A stretch of 57,513 nucleotides of DNA, filler included, from Sphacelaria rigidula (GCA_964200075.2; 6 parts of 6 records of this genome joined end to end with filler, not necessarily neighbours in it), one strand, 5' to 3'; positions 9,605 to 23,620 are shown, numbered from the whole stretch's first letter. The notes: a model not told the origin generated them from the letters alone. Numbers and translations: made by a program.

Positions 9605-11878
9605 AAGAAGAAAGGAGGAAGAAAGGGGGGGAATGTTGTGCGCGTCGTCGTCGGAGCGGGGGGGGGGCGGGGGGGGGGGGGGGGGGGGGGGAGAAGAACG
9701 AAGACTGTCTACGGTACTGCGCGAAACGAACGAAACACACAACAGGAACAACAACAGCCTATTTTCGTTTGTTTTGCTTTCATTCCGATGAGACAGGTAG
9801 CACAGGTAGGAACCTTTATCGTGCACTTCGCTTCTTTTAGTTTCGTACAGAGTTTTCGAATGCCCTCCACCTCGCCGCCGCTTCGAACTCAGGCCCCAAG
9901 CTGAGTTGTGATTTAGATAGTCCGGTGTACGGGTGGAGACACAAGTAGTCTCGGACGTGTATATATATCATCCTCACCGACCAAACCTCCGTTCAATGTC
10001 CCACAGCTCCATTGTGCACACGAGTCACCCTACCCATCCAGGGGTTGGTCCTCAGCAACAGCAAGTACCACAGCGAAATCACGCCCGTCCCACGGATGTC
10101 ACCACACGCGTCTCGTACTGCCCGTGCACTTGGCGACAAATCCCTCAACAGGTGGGGCTTACTGATCCATGAGCTAGAGCCACTGTGGTGTAAGGAAAGG
10201 TGGCAGGTAGCTGCGAATTAAGGAAGGAAAAATGCCTCGTTTGTTGGCCGTAACCGGCGTTGATGTTGGTCGGGGTCAGCAATAAGTGGGGTGATGGTGG
10301 ACAGAAACAAAACCCACATATTTGGGGGGAAATATTGTGACAAGCCAACAAGACCCGCCATATTGGTAGCCACACCTTACCACTGTAGGTAGGTGCCACC
10401 CTAAAATTCAATATAATAATAATCAATATACAATTCATGTGGACACCTTGCGTGTGGCTGACGTAGACTTCGGAGAGGTACATGTGTCTATCTCGCTTGA
10501 CAGTTCGGCGCGATAATCAAAGTTTGTTTGTCCGTGCAACACTGCACTTCGAATAGTTGTGTATAACTGGCTATTTAATTCTACTCCAGGAATGACTGCG
10601 TCGGTCGGTTTTTGTGCTCAAGGAAGGAGAGATACAGTACTCTCCAGTGCAAGCAAGAAACCACAAGTGATACCATATCATCCGTGGAACAGCATCGACA
10701 CGTCCGCAGGGAACTGCAACGCCTGAGGCAAACAGTGTCAACTACGGAACACATGAAGTCAGTAGAACATTCGGCCGGTTAATGAACTCTGCGATTCGGG
10801 TCTAGGCGTTCCAGCAAGGACGCTTACTTCGATGATCCCATGGTAGATTTTTGTTCACACCACAACTGACAATTGCCGCAACTAGAGTAGTTATAACTTC
10901 TAGTATAGTAGTCGTAAACGAGCTGTCCCAAGACGGTGTTGTTGTAAACGGATTCTAATGGACCACCTTCGCCTCCCCGGGACACTACGTCCTTTTCCAG
11001 CCTCTCGTCACATGGAGCCAACCAAGGCCTAGATGCTAACACTTAATTCTTCTGCGCGCATGGAGAACAGTCTGGTGCAAGCACACCAGGAAGTGAAGCT
11101 AGCTAGCGTTGAAGAAGTAGCGATACGGCAATGTTTCACGCAATGCCTGCTGAGCCATGTCGGACTTGCGATTTACTCTTTAAGTACGGAGACATGGCAT
11201 AGCAGCACACACCAACGCTAACAAAAAATGCAAGTCAAGCTCGATTTGGTACAGGTAGAACATAATTATCCTTTACCTAGTTGTTGATAACCCCGAATGA
11301 ATGTATTCTGCGGATTGAAATCTCGACACCGGGTCTATTCGCGGCGTTCGGCGTTCGAAGGATAGAGAACAAGAGTTGGCAAAGTATTTCGATGGCATTT
11401 GACAGGTTACAGAGGTGCTGACCGATGCTCAAAAATAGGGTGTCAGGCAATTATTCGGATTACGGACTCATCCCGAGGAGTGGGGGTGGTGGGGGTGGTG
11501 GGGGTGGTGGGGTGGAGGTTCAAGAATAATGAGTAGAGCTCGCGAAATGATATCCACCTCTCAGTGTCACGTTTACTATGTAGTATGCATGGTCGGCCAT
11601 GATCCTGGGTGTGGACCACAGCGTATTCGACTTTTTGAGCACATGAGTCCTGCGAAGTTTACATTTCTCTTTTGTGAGACGTCATGACAGGTATTAGACA
11701 GCGAGCTTATAGCTAGCTCCACGCGGCTTTTGTTTTTGAGGAATAAACAGCCTTTCCGCAAACACTCTATTAGTATTAACATCAATAGGAACACCACCCG
11801 ATGAGTGATACTACGATAGGGGTGCACTTTTGCTCCAAATCTATTCTGATGCTGCACACCATGACCCCGATGTTTTGA

Positions 11879-12934
11879 TTCACGTACACTCCCAGAGAGT
11901 GCATGGAGGAGCATTCACGGCTGCCCGTTCTCTGGAGGCCCTCCGGCACGCGTCGAAATCGCCGACGGCTTTGACGACTTTCGGTGGCAGCTCATAAACT
12001 CTGTGCTGTTCATGTCGATAATGGCCTGGGGTTTGATGACCACGACACAACCACCATCAATGTCGATGACGTGCGTGTACTACTTGATCACCTAGTGGCG
12101 CAGATTAACCACCCCCGCTCGAGCTACCGCTCACGAGTCAGGGGGTGATCCATCCTGACGGTCTGCAGGGCTGATGGTGTTTCGTGTTTCCACTCAGCGA
12201 TACCTCGTATCCCGTCAGATTCCAAACTAAAGAACTCTTCAACATTAAATTATTGTTGGTGTGCAGTTTTGAAGGACGGAGTTAGGTGGGTTGATCGATG
12301 GGAGGTACATGTTCAGATCATGAGGTTGTGTTCGGACTGAACTCATATCCATACCTCCCCAAGGTATATACCTGTGCTCATACCTGCAATCGGGTATATC
12401 TATAACGGTACACCCTATAACCCCGCGTAGGGGTATGGGAGGCTTAGACAGCTCACAGAACTGTCGGGTACCGGTACTAAATGGAAGTCTTGAAGAAATT
12501 ACAGAACTTATCGGGTACGGTACGGGAGGCTTATAGAAAACCGGTACCGGCAATCGTGTATTCTTCAGGAGCATACCTGCGCTCCGGGTACGGGCAAAAT
12601 ATTTGTACAGAACCCACAGAACTGTCGGGTAAGGGTATGGGAGTCTTACAGAACTCATAGAAACTGTCGAATAGGGTATGGAGGTTGCACAGAAAAACGT
12701 ACCCGCAATCAGGTATCTTATCAAGAGCGTACCCGTGCCCCCTGGTAACGGTACGGGAGTCTTACAGAGATTACAGAACAATCGGGTCAGGGTATGAAAG
12801 TCTCACAGAGATTACAGAACTATCGGGTACCGGTATGAAAGTCGTACAGAAGTCACAGAACTGTCGGGTACGGTAAATACTCGGCAAAATACCCCGGGTA
12901 TACAGAAAACCGTACCCTACAGAACACAACCTTG
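11879..12934 (-). mobile_element. Second long left-end copy of the CAAGG-family TIR transposon
   Basis: Ends CCGTACCCTACAGAACACAACCTTG at 12934. Reverse complement is collinear with 5839-6870, including the subrepeat block and ORF remnant. Confidence 0.75.
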
Positions 12935-14050
12935 AAAGAATGAGAAAAAAGGACACCCCAAACGAAAGACGTACAACAGGAAGAGAGAGGTACGCAACAT
13001 CGCTAGAGCTGCAAGCCTAGGAGAGGGATCAACCATCGATAGGATCAGACAAGGATGTCAATTTCGTGCTACCCATCCCCCGCCCTTATTCCTAGCCAGG
13101 GGCAGAGCGGGTCGGGTCATTTCTATTTTGCATTTTTCAGGGGCTGCTGCTGCTCTTCCTACGCCAAAGGTGGGTGAGATACAAGATACAAGAAACAATA
13201 TACAAGAAGGTGAAGAACAAACAAAGCGATAATGGTGACGTGAGTGCCTGCAACAAATGACACGACATAGCAGGTTGAAAAAACGAAATAAGATGAGAAT
13301 GACGAAGATGCTATCTATGTGTGGGTTTCAAACAAATAACAAGATGAAGGGTGACACAAAATGAAGGTCAAACAGTACGGACGAAGAGCAACCGATTGGA
13401 AATACAGAGCAGCATGGTACACTTCAACCCACGTGAAATGTCCTCCCACGGTGACAACCGTAGACCTCTCGAACGGATCCGATCACCAAACGTTCAAACA
13501 TGCCCGCCTAAATCAAAAATAAGAATAACCTGAATCCTGACTTGTGCACAAAACTGATCCGGTTCCTCCGTTTCCTTCTTGCTATCTACCCCCCCTCTAT
13601 TTGACGAGGCTTCGGGAGACAGACCTCGTGCGGTAGTTATGACATAGAATCGCAACCCTCACCCGGTTATTCGGTTCCTTTTGTTTTCAGCCCATCCGTC
13701 ATCCGCTCAACTACACAGTTAAGGCACTCTCTCCATTTGACCAAGATTTTGAAGTGCAAGAAAGAATGTACTTTGAAAAAAAACAGGATGCTCGACGTCG
13801 AAAGGGTGTACCTGCGAAGCTGATTGTTATCCCAAGCGCGAGACACATTGATACTCACACTCTACTGCAAGAAAAAACGAGCTGCCCTCTACCTTAAAAG
13901 CAATACTGAGCTTCCTCCGGAGCCGAGGCACCGTTTCCCCCCGTATATGGTCATTCTCCACTAACCCGCGTGCTCTCCTCTCCTTCCTCTTCGCTGCCCT
14001 GCGCAACGGCTGACGTGAATTACTGCTGACGCGAACCAAAGACCCAACAG

Positions 14051-14189
14051 GTGGCTTCGACCATAGCGCCCGCCATGATTGAGCAACTCAGGGTGTGGAA
14101 AAATGAAGACCGTAGCGGCGGGGACGGGGATGGGGACCAATGGAGCGGTGGCGGAGGGGATAGTCCTCTGCTGTCCCGGATTTCGCTGG
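14051..14189 (+). CDS. Candidate isolated exon of an unidentified gene
   Basis: CCCAACAG acceptor, GC-rich, one open frame (VASTIAPAMIEQLRVWKNEDRSGGDGDG...), weak GTAGAC donor. No recognisable homology. Confidence 0.25.
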
Positions 14190-17100
14190 GTAGACGTGCG
14201 TTGGTGTTGTTGTTCCCGCTTCGCATTGTTGTTCCCGCTTAAAAAAGGTCTTGCCCAAAGATGAGAACGTTTCCTGTGCAAAGGAAACGAGCACACATGT
14301 GTGCAAAAAATAAGCAGAAACATCAGACAAAGACGGCAGACAAGAAGAGGCAACTGGGGACGCCAGCATAAAACAGAAAACACAGGCACATGCTTCGAGA
14401 ATCCAGACTTCAAGAACACCAGAAAACAGATTCGACGAAAGCTGATGGGCTGTGAAAGTGATCATCATGATCTCAAGCTAGAAAAGAAATTATCAGGTCG
14501 GTATCGCGAGGGAGACTCATTAATGCCTCGATACCGTCACCCCGTCCCGAGCAAAGAAGTGGAAAAAAAGTTTCAGGGCTTCCTCGGAACGTTTCCCGCA
14601 GTAATTTTCCCACGATTCCTTGCGGTATAAGCAGCATAAGCAGCTTAATCGCACTTCCGCACATAATTTAAAACCCTGCACCGTATCGCAGCACGGTATG
14701 TGCGGCAAAATCATCATTGCATTAGAGTCGAATACTATGCTGAACGATACCGTATTCCAAACATGAATACCGCGGGGGATCTCGTATTAGTTGTGAAGTG
14801 TGACTAAGAGCTATCCTCACCATGCTCCGGAAAGGCTTTAGACAGGCTGTAGACACCCCGTGTACATTTTGTTACCACGTCTTTTTCTCACAGTGAAGAG
14901 TACAGTACAGTAGAGTCAACACGTGCTTCTTCTGAAGAGACAACGTCGCTCATTTTCATTTCTACGGCTTCGGGTTCCTCCTGGGGACCGTAATTACTAA
15001 GCCTTTACCGCGGGGCGTGGTATTTGATGTTTGGTGTCGTGGTGGGGGCAGAGTCCATGACGTCTTTTTCAGTTTTTACCCTTCGTGCTGTGGCCGTTGA
15101 TGCTGTAGCTGCGTCAGATAGGTAGCCTTGATGCTTTGCGAACCGTGTTCATCCGTTGTTGGTTCAGTTGACGGGGAATTTGTTATTTATTTGGTATTTG
15201 GTATGTGGTACTTGTGTGTGCATTTTGTGTACAGTATTTATTTGTATATTCGTTTTATCAGCAACGTTTGGTTTGTTTCATTGGTCGTACTCCATAGGTA
15301 TATTTCGTCTGTGCAGAATTTCCATGCATTTCTCTTCGGCTTGTCATCTTGTTGCGACCGCTGGTGGATTTACTTGCGCTTTCTGCGGGCTTGTACCTCG
15401 TATAATTATTTATAGCTGGAATTCGTACTCTGATCTGCAGTTTTACCTTTATGCAACAACGAAATGAATGCTTGATTGATTTGCGTACCGCACATCATCT
15501 TCGTCATTCTCAAAGGTCGTTTCTGTTTCTGCACCTTGACTATCTCATGATCTTGCATGCCGTAGTCATAAGACCATTGACCTCGCACCCCCCTACAAGG
15601 CCGGCACGAGCACGCCAGGTTTTCGCCGGGCCAGGCCCGCAATCGATCACCAAGCGCGAAGCGCCGTGATGTGCTCGGCGAGTCACATGAAGGGTGAGCT
15701 GCATCCTGCTAGGGTCGTTCGGCCCCAAGCGTGCTGACTATCTTGAATTTGAACGACAACCTACAGCGATTTTTTTTATTTTCTGGTATAGCCCCTTCCA
15801 GAGACAGCCACGGCTTACACAGTGCCTCATGGGCATCTAACCATTTACACACTACGTAGCACGATCGTCTTCGCGCGGAGTTGAGGTGCTCCTAACCCGC
15901 ATAATATGATCTAGCTCGACCACCATCATGGCTATGGCAAAAAATACGCAAGCGCGCGAAACAAAATCGGTAACCTGGTTGCCTAGCTTACGCAGTAAGT
16001 GGTGTGTTTTTCAGCGTCATGGCCAACCGACGCCAACCCCATAGATTGGGCGCGATACATTTGTTGAAAAAGTTGCATACGCGCACATAAATACACATGC
16101 ACACTGCAGCATGCGAACTGCCGCGATTTTCCGTGACTAGGCGCCATGCTTCAGATTCCCGCGGCTCCCGCGATTTTTTTGTTTTTCACGTGGTAGGTAT
16201 CGCATTCGTCCAATCCGTACCGCCCGTACCGTAATTTGGGACAGGCAGACCCCGAGGTAACGTGGGGATTACAATAACAATATACAAGGTACAATATACC
16301 GCACCGTGCGTACCGCACTGATACCGCGGTAGTCGAGTACCATACTGTATCGTTATTTTCCGAAACTCGGTTCTGAGGAAAGATGTGGAAATAATGGTGA
16401 ATGGTGAATGGCGAATGTTGGAAAAGAAGAATAAACAACACACGCACTAGCAAATCAACAGTAGTACGAGCAAAACACGTCCATAACAAAACAACCGAAA
16501 ACAGGTCGTCAGTATATACTGTACAATATACCACACCACCACGACACAAATGTGATGGTGTCCACCGAATGACAGAACGATCATCTTGAATATGTCCAAA
16601 TTGCCGCTAGGTGCGGATGGTGCAGGCTGTAGCAATAGCAATCGAGTAAAGATCACAGTGTCTCTGACTCCTCACTGCAAGGTAGCGCAACCAATAAAGT
16701 CACATCGGCCACAACATGCAGTGCAATCATTACACAGTAACTTATACAATCCTACGTGTGCCACATGGTTGGTCGTTATCACTGTTTACATCAAGCACGA
16801 GTCCCGACATCATACATGCATCTGTCGTCGCCGTCTATTGAGAGAACATGCAGGGTTGGGTTATATCAAGATAGGTATCGGCGAGAACGACGCGGAAGGG
16901 AGAAAAAAGGAAGCAGAAATATGCGATAGGTAGGTGCTGTGTCCTGCACTTAATTATGTCAAGCTAAAGCGCCTTGTCAAGGCGTTACGCTTAATGACAG
17001 TCGCGAGGATTGCTGTCCATGTCACAACCAAAATATATATGCTCTACGTGAAAAAATATACATATAGTTCAACACTACAATACTTCTCATAAACTACACA

Positions 17101-18961
17101 TCATGAACGATGTATCCATGTATGTACGGAACATATTCAGTCTGAAGTTGAATAGCCATACACAACATGCAGCGTGAGTACGAGGGTCAAAGTGATTCAA
17201 AACGGGAAGACAGTCGGACCATACAAGCAAGCCAAGTTCGAGCACACCTGTTGAGGCCTACACGCTAAAGCCCCCAGCGCAACACACCTCCCGACTCACG
17301 GGATTTCGGCGAATGTCCCCGCCTTCTTAATTCACCCCCTCCCTCCATGTCCTACATCTCGTGCCGTCCATGCGTTGGTCACACCAAACAAAAAGGAGAC
17401 GAACACAAGGCATCCAAATAACGACCGGAAACAATAGAAAGTCGACACAGCCGCACGGCTACTTTCTCCGCCGTTGGAGTCCTCTGTGTTAGGGCCGCAA
17501 CGACAGTGCCAATCAATCTCGTGAGTACCCCTCGAATCATGGCCATAAATATAACTGCAATCGACGCTACATCCGCTTGTTTTTCTGTGAGGATACCCAA
17601 TTAACAAAACTAACGATCGAGTGGCTGCAGTCGGAGATAACATCAACAACCTTTCATGTTTTTTTCTTCTAAATATGCAGAAATGCGCTACTCGGTGACA
17701 GTGGACGGCGGCGAGACACACACCCGCCCCGCCCCGCCTGATATTCGGCAACAGCAGAACGATGAATCAGAAACGTCTGCATTTTTCTGCACTCACTTGC
17801 CGCTTCATGACAGTTTGCACCCGGTTTGGAGTTTGGTACATAAAAGAAAAAAATACCGCATGCAAACTACCGGTACTGTACTATGAAACCTTGTTTCAAC
17901 ACTTCGGCACAAAAGTTTAAACGATTTGAATGACCCACCGAAAGCACGAATTCAAAGGTTAGCTTGCAATGCACGCGCCAGGCGTCACCTTACTATGGTA
18001 CCTTGTAAATATGTGTTTCAAATGCTGCACATTTGGTCCTTCGTCTATCGTATTACGCACGTCTATTCGCGCTTGCCCCCCTTTCTCACTTAGCCCCTGC
18101 CCATTTAATATTATATACTGTGATTGCTTCGGGTCGTGCTTTGGCACCATCGGCGTTTGTAGCTTTGCATGTGCAATCTGTGTCGGGCAGATTCCCGATA
18201 GCATGGCCGGGCACTTGCCGCACTTTGGTAATGCCGGGTAAGTTTTGGTTCGGAATTCTCGTTTATTAGATATCGGGTCCGAACACGACCACCGGTGTCA
18301 AGGGACAAAGAACAGAAAAAACGATGAACTTCACCAGCGCATTCAAGAACAGTGGAAACCAAAACTATGAATTCTAGTCTTGAGCTGGATATGGTCGTCC
18401 ACTGACTCTTGTCTCACTTGCCATACTTGCTACAGCTGTCCTAGTTCACCGGCAGGCATGGTTGTCAGAGGTGAGCACCTGTTGCCAACCGTTCTTCCGA
18501 ATGTAGGCGTTGTGTCGAGGAAAACGAACCGGGTTCTTCGGTGAGTTCTATTTGGATCCGAGTAGACGTGGCTGTACTAGCAGTCTTGAGCAGGAAATAT
18601 CCCAAAAAGACAGAATACAAATCAAGCGGGATATTTTCTCCATGCCCCTGAGCATGATCGACGTGTGGACCCAACGCCTACCAATAATAGCCCCTCAAAT
18701 ACCAGTACAGATACTCAGTTACAACCCACTCTGGCGTCTGTGGTCCTGGCAAGAGGTGCACCTAACGAATGGTGATATCAGGAGTCGTTGCCAATGAGAT
18801 TTCAACAGACGATGATGGGCTGGCATGATGGCCATACGCACGGTTGTTAATGCCCCCCCCCCCACGGTCCCCCCTCACCTCTAGACTCTTGGGTTGGCGT
18901 CGAGTGGCAACGGCGCTGTAAAACAAGCCACCAAAACCTAGACAAATGTACAGACTGTCAC

Positions 18962-19107
18962 GAAATAGAAAAGCTATCCTCCTTTTTATTTAATCTACTT
19001 TAACACTGCCCGGATATAGACATGAAGTACAGAAGCTAACCCTCCTTTTTATTTACCTTACCATAACACAGCCCGGACATAGACATGGAATAGAGAAGCT
19101 AACACTC
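18962..19107. repeat. ~63-bp tandem repeat (about 2.3 units), truncated by contig end
   Basis: Repeated unit GAA.TA.AGAAGCTA.CCTCCTTTTTATTTA....TAACAC.GCCCGGA.ATAGACAT. Confidence 0.75.
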
Positions 19108-19207
19108 NNNNNNNNNNNNNNNNNNNNNNNNNNNNNNNNNNNNNNNNNNNNTTAATTAATTAANNNNNNNNNNNNNNNNNNNNNNNNNNNNNNNNNNNNN
19201 NNNNNNN
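19108..19207. other. Artificial contig spacer
   Basis: N44-TTAATTAATTAA-N44. Confidence 0.99.
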
Positions 19208-19885
19208 AGGAAAGCACTGTTTTAGGCTTGAACCTCATCTCAAAGTTAAACCTCAATTCGCACAATTTGTTGTTATAGGCTATTCCACCTTCAGTGGGAT
19301 CGAAAGGTGCCTTTGACGGGTACGATTTGCCGGTATTATTACTTCCAATTTCAACAGTCCCATTATGATGAGATCTCTTTCCCATTTTTCAGGATCCTCT
19401 GTTTTATGGCACAGTGTGCACTGGATAACTACACAGCCCCTTGCACAGTAAGATGATATATGTTCCATCATATAAAGAGTACAATCGATCGGTTCCAGAG
19501 AGGTGGGTTTGCTCTGCTTGTTGGCCGGTTTGCTCTGCTTGTTGGTATATGCTATCAAGTAAAGAGTTGCTTCTCAATTCGTGTTGGTGTTTCTTCTGCA
19601 AAGTGAAGCCTTTACCCTCTACTCGACCACAACCACTGCCCTGACCCACACGTCAACAATACACCAATTCAATAGCATAAGTTCTTTATCAATCGGCCTA
19701 CTGACTGTCGGATGGGAGGTGACCAAACGCGGTCTCGCTTTAGTCACTTTTTGGACGCTCCATGCGAGTTATGGATATCAATGTGGGACATGAATGAATG
19801 TGAGATTCAAGTTCAGATTCAAACATCCATATTAAGGATAGGAAAATTTATCTCACGTGCGGCAATATACGAACTATATTTACAA

Positions 19886-20235
19886 ACCGGTTGCCCCGGT
19901 GGCTCAGTTGGTAACTTTGAAGCGTTGTGAAGGTTTGTTCGTGGGTTCGAATCCCTGCAATCACATGATCTGGGATTTTCCGTCACACTATGCCCAACAG
20001 CGGAGAGCGACCATGTCGTGGGTACACAAAAGTCGACGTAACGGTCGACGAGGGAAAGGGACTGCTCAACTCCTCTCGCGATAAAAAATAAGGCAAGCAA
20101 CACAGAAGGAGGGTGGAGTATGACAAAAAAAATGGAAAACAAAAACTCCTGTGTTGCCCTTCCACCTGTATGACCTTGGAAGATGTAGACTAGAGTCCAG
20201 AATAGATGGCATGACAACACAACACACACGCACAT
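19886..20235 (+). mobile_element. tRNA-derived SINE
   Basis: A box TGGCTCAGTTGG (~19900) and B box GGTTCGAATCC (~19944). Body shared with 30200-30580 and 33764-34113; CA-rich tail. Confidence 0.75.
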
Positions 20236-20242
20236 ATACGTG

Positions 20243-20512
20243 TATGTGACGCCAGTCAGAAGAAAAACTGGTGGATCACTGCTGTTGGGGGACTCCCCAG
20301 TCTCACTGGCCTCCGTTCCAGCTGTCAGCCTTTGTAACATCTCGTTATCAGGAGTGTTCTTCCACGCACCAACGTCCGAGACCCTCAGGGTGTCATCCCC
20401 GTGCCCCCGGTCATTATCCAGAATCCTTCCAGAATCCTCCAGAATCCCGGTGCTCCCAGTCATTACCCAGATCATCACTACCAACTTAACATAACGGCGT
20501 ATCTTCGTCACA
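20243..20512 (-). repeat. 3' LTR (outer end truncated)
   Basis: Matches ~26630-26893 (CAGAAGAAAAACTGGTGGATCACT...TAACGGCGTATCTTC.TCACA). The element-sense LTR starts TG. Confidence 0.85.
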
Positions 20513-20585
20513 AAATCCCAAAGCGCGTTGGACGAAAATCGATTAACAAGCTTGACACATAAAAAGCGCCAAAACGACAAGCAAG

Positions 20586-20810
20586 TCACAATTGAATACC
20601 AAACACACGCGTAATGCGAGCAGCAACGGCACGAGTCACGCGCAATTTACGCAACTCCTTCGTGGGAAAATTCGGAGTGGCCTCAAAAATATCCTTGAAA
20701 GGCCCCCACGTATGCTCCTCAACTTCGGAACCAACCCAGCCGACGAACACGATCAACGGACGATCGTCTGCTTCTGCGACTCGGACAATACCAGCCATGT
20801 GAAATTGCCC
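20586..20810 (-). pseudogene. Integrase C-terminal chromodomain
   Basis: QFHMAGIVRVAEADDRPLIVFVGWVGSEVEEHTWGPFKDIFEATP fits the chromodomain pattern V.W.G....TWEP. Confidence 0.7.
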
Positions 20811-21049
20811 CTGGTTGGAAGCGCTGGAACACGTCCTTAACGTCAGTCGTAACGTTAAGCTACGAGTCTGCATAAAAACGCGAACGGGCTACATGGGTGG
20901 TCTGAACACGACCCGAAACAATATTCTAGATCACAAACACGTGCGGGCGGTGAGCTCCAACCACTCTCCACGGACCAGTTCACGTCACCATGTCTTGCAA
21001 GACCCAGACTCTTTGCAATGCAAGCTTAATCTGACCATCATCCAGGACA

Positions 21050-21979
21050 TCACAATTTCCATTCCCCCGCCGACGAAGACATCAACACCGAAACAGACGT
21101 CCGAGGAGCACGACCAAATATCATGTGGCACGTACTATCGTAACGACAACGATACTCTGTATTGAGCGCCCATTGCACCGCAAGCAACATGTCCACCCAC
21201 TCGGAAACCGCTCTACGCTGCCGGAGAAGAATAGAGCGAGAAGCACGAACTACTTCCTTGACCATGCGTTCGCACGTGCCCTTAGACCACGGAGAGTACG
21301 CCACCGCAAATTGCCACGGGTAGCCACTGGGGTGCCTGCAACCTACAATTTGGACGTTACGGACGTTGCACACTCTCTGTAACGTGCTAGTTGGAGGTTA
21401 CAGGCACCACAGTGGCCACCCGTGTGGTGATCAATGTGCAAAGTCTCTCGCAATCGGTCCAAGATCGTATTTTTGAAATGCATTGCGGTATGACTCACCC
21501 ACACACGCGGCACCCCCAAAGATTTGTACCAACTTAGCAAAGGTGCAGCAGTCGATTCAACAGTACACACTGCTACTGGTTCCAGAGACACGACGTTCAT
21601 CCATGATTACCAACATTTATCGAAACCCAGCATCCTCCGATAAACCTTGGGAAGCTAGCGGGTCACTCTCGCCCACGTACAAGAAGTCAAAATGAACGAC
21701 TTCATTTGGCATGGTCCCATAGACTGTTTCACCGAGCGGGCGGGGAACAACATCGCCCGCCCTCGAGTTAGCATAGTGAAGACACTGGCGGACAAACTCG
21801 TGCACATGAGTTTCTATCCCCTGCAAGACACAAAACTCTTGCAAGCGCACGAGCGTCGCAGCCACACCACGATGACCGGCGTCGCGCATGTGGGCGCCAA
21901 TCATCAGACGTACCTGCGACCGCTTGTCAGAACTCGGAATCCACAAAACGTTTCGGCCACGCACATGCACACGACACAT
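21050..21979 (-). pseudogene. Gypsy integrase (frameshifted)
   Basis: AHMRDAGHRG...VRQCLHY (degenerate HHCC), PNEVVHFDFLYVG, GVPRVWVSHTAMHFKN and VAYSPWSKGTCERMVKEV. Confidence 0.88.
21315..21424. mobile_element. 110-bp MITE inserted in integrase
   Basis: ~46-bp TIRs with termini CACGGGT...ACCCGTG, flanked by TGC and TGG. Excision restores HIDHQFAVAYSPW. Confidence 0.8.
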
Positions 21980-22169
21980 ACCTTCATTGTCTCAGATAGC
22001 AGTACCAACGCCCGACTCGACAGATTGCACATCCGCGTCTTCGGCCCCAAGGTCTTTCCGTGGCGCTCACAGACAACAAATTTGAACGCTATCGAGTCAT
22101 CAGGTTCACACGGGCCACAGAAAGCCACAGCGCGCACAGGCAAAGCCGCGATATTCACCCGACGCGAAA

Positions 22170-22617
22170 GCCAGTCACCCCACGCGTTACGGTCACCCGA
22201 ACTGTGGCAAATCGAGAAACGATACTGGCCAAGAACAGCTTTCCAATCCTCCAAACGTTGTGCCTATGCCTTCGGCACAGACGTGGCGCACACTTCGGGG
22301 TTGAAAATGCACACGAGATTTCTGTGATCCGTGAAAATATGCACGCCATCCAACAAAAGATGCTCCGAACGACAAGAAGTGCTTACGATAGCAAAACCTT
22401 CCTTGTCAATTGTGGCCCAACGCAACTGCGAACACTTGAAACTACCACTAAGGAACGCCAGCGGTTTATGCGTCATATCCATGACCGGCAAGCGTCGTTG
22501 TATTTCAACTTCAGGCACCTGCGTGAAAAAACTACCCCGATGGCACTCAGAGACATCACGAAACATCAATACCTGACAATCAGGACGAGGATGGAAAAGC
22601 GTCACGGCGTGAGCCAC
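22170..22617 (-). pseudogene. Gypsy RNase H (degenerate)
   Basis: VLMFRDVSECH, HKPLAFLSGSFKCSQLRWATIDKEGFAIV and VHIFTDHRNLVCIF. Confidence 0.88.
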
Positions 22618-22659
22618 CAGATCCTTCGCTGCCGCCCACCCCTGCAGCCTGCCCTACGT

Positions 22660-23620
22660 TCACGGTGCAGGCGGAATAGCGCGGTTGTTTGCAACACGCT
22701 TCTTCCGCCTCGCAGCACCCGCCATGACTTCTTCGAGGAAAAACCGCAAGGGAGCTATAGTTTCTGCCATACGCGGAAATGAGGCACGCAGCCACTTCAT
22801 GGCCTGCAGGAATTGCATGAGTTCTGCGGCCGCCTCTGGGCGCCGCATGTCAGACAAGACTTGCAACCTGACAGGGTCATGAGATATGCGTCCGTGTAAA
22901 TACACCTTCGCACAGCACACGAGTTCACTAGCGAAAAATGTACACTTATGCGCAGCCGCAAACAAACCAGCACTCTCCAAACGAGCCAAGAGAGCATTAA
23001 GCGTGTCCAAAAGTTCGTCTTTCGTGTGCGCGGGAAAAAGCACATCATCCACACATATCTTGCATTTTTGAGCCGACGAGCAGTTCTATCGTGATGCCTT
23101 GAAAATATGCCGTGGCATTCAGCACACCTTGCGGCACTCGCTTCGGTGTAAACAAGCCAAACGGAGTCGTGATTGTGAAATATTTTGCGCCTCCTCCGCC
23201 AACGGCATCTGCCAGCAACCTTGGAGGAGGTCCAGCTTGCCAAAAAATGAGCACTCAACAGATCACGCATGTCCGACTCTTGGCTGGGCATCGCACCCGG
23301 CGACTTCTCAACCTGCTCATTCACTGCCTTGAAGTCGCCTACCAGGCGAAACGAGTCTTTCTTCGGAACCACCCTAGCCGGGCTGGACCTCTCCGCCTGC
23401 AATTTCCGGAACACCAACCCGAGCGCCAGAAGAGCCGCCATGCACGACGCCAACCAACTCGACTTCACCGGATCGTACCGCCGCGGCTTCGTCTTCACCG
23501 CGGACGTCCCAGGTCTCAGCTGAACACGCATGGGCTCCACACACGCAAGGGGATCACCCCGCAGTGCACGACGAAACGCGTTGACGCGGCGATGCAAGAT
23601 GCCGCGCAGGCACTCCGCTT
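22660..23620 (-). pseudogene. Gypsy reverse transcriptase (frameshifted)
   Basis: SSPARVVPKKDSFRLVGDFKAVN, FTITTPFGLFTPKRVPQGVLNATAYFQ, VDDVL and AHKCTFF. Confidence 0.9.

Noticed and set aside
19886..19960. Possible tRNA gene (also at 33764 and 31380-31470)
   Set aside because: A and B boxes are present but there is no proper cloverleaf, and the 19886 and 33764 copies are attached to a repeated SINE body.
19819..20589. 256-aa minus-strand ORF downstream of integrase (possible env-like gene)
   Set aside because: Runs through the LTR and an antisense SINE, so it is a chance read-through of non-coding repeats.
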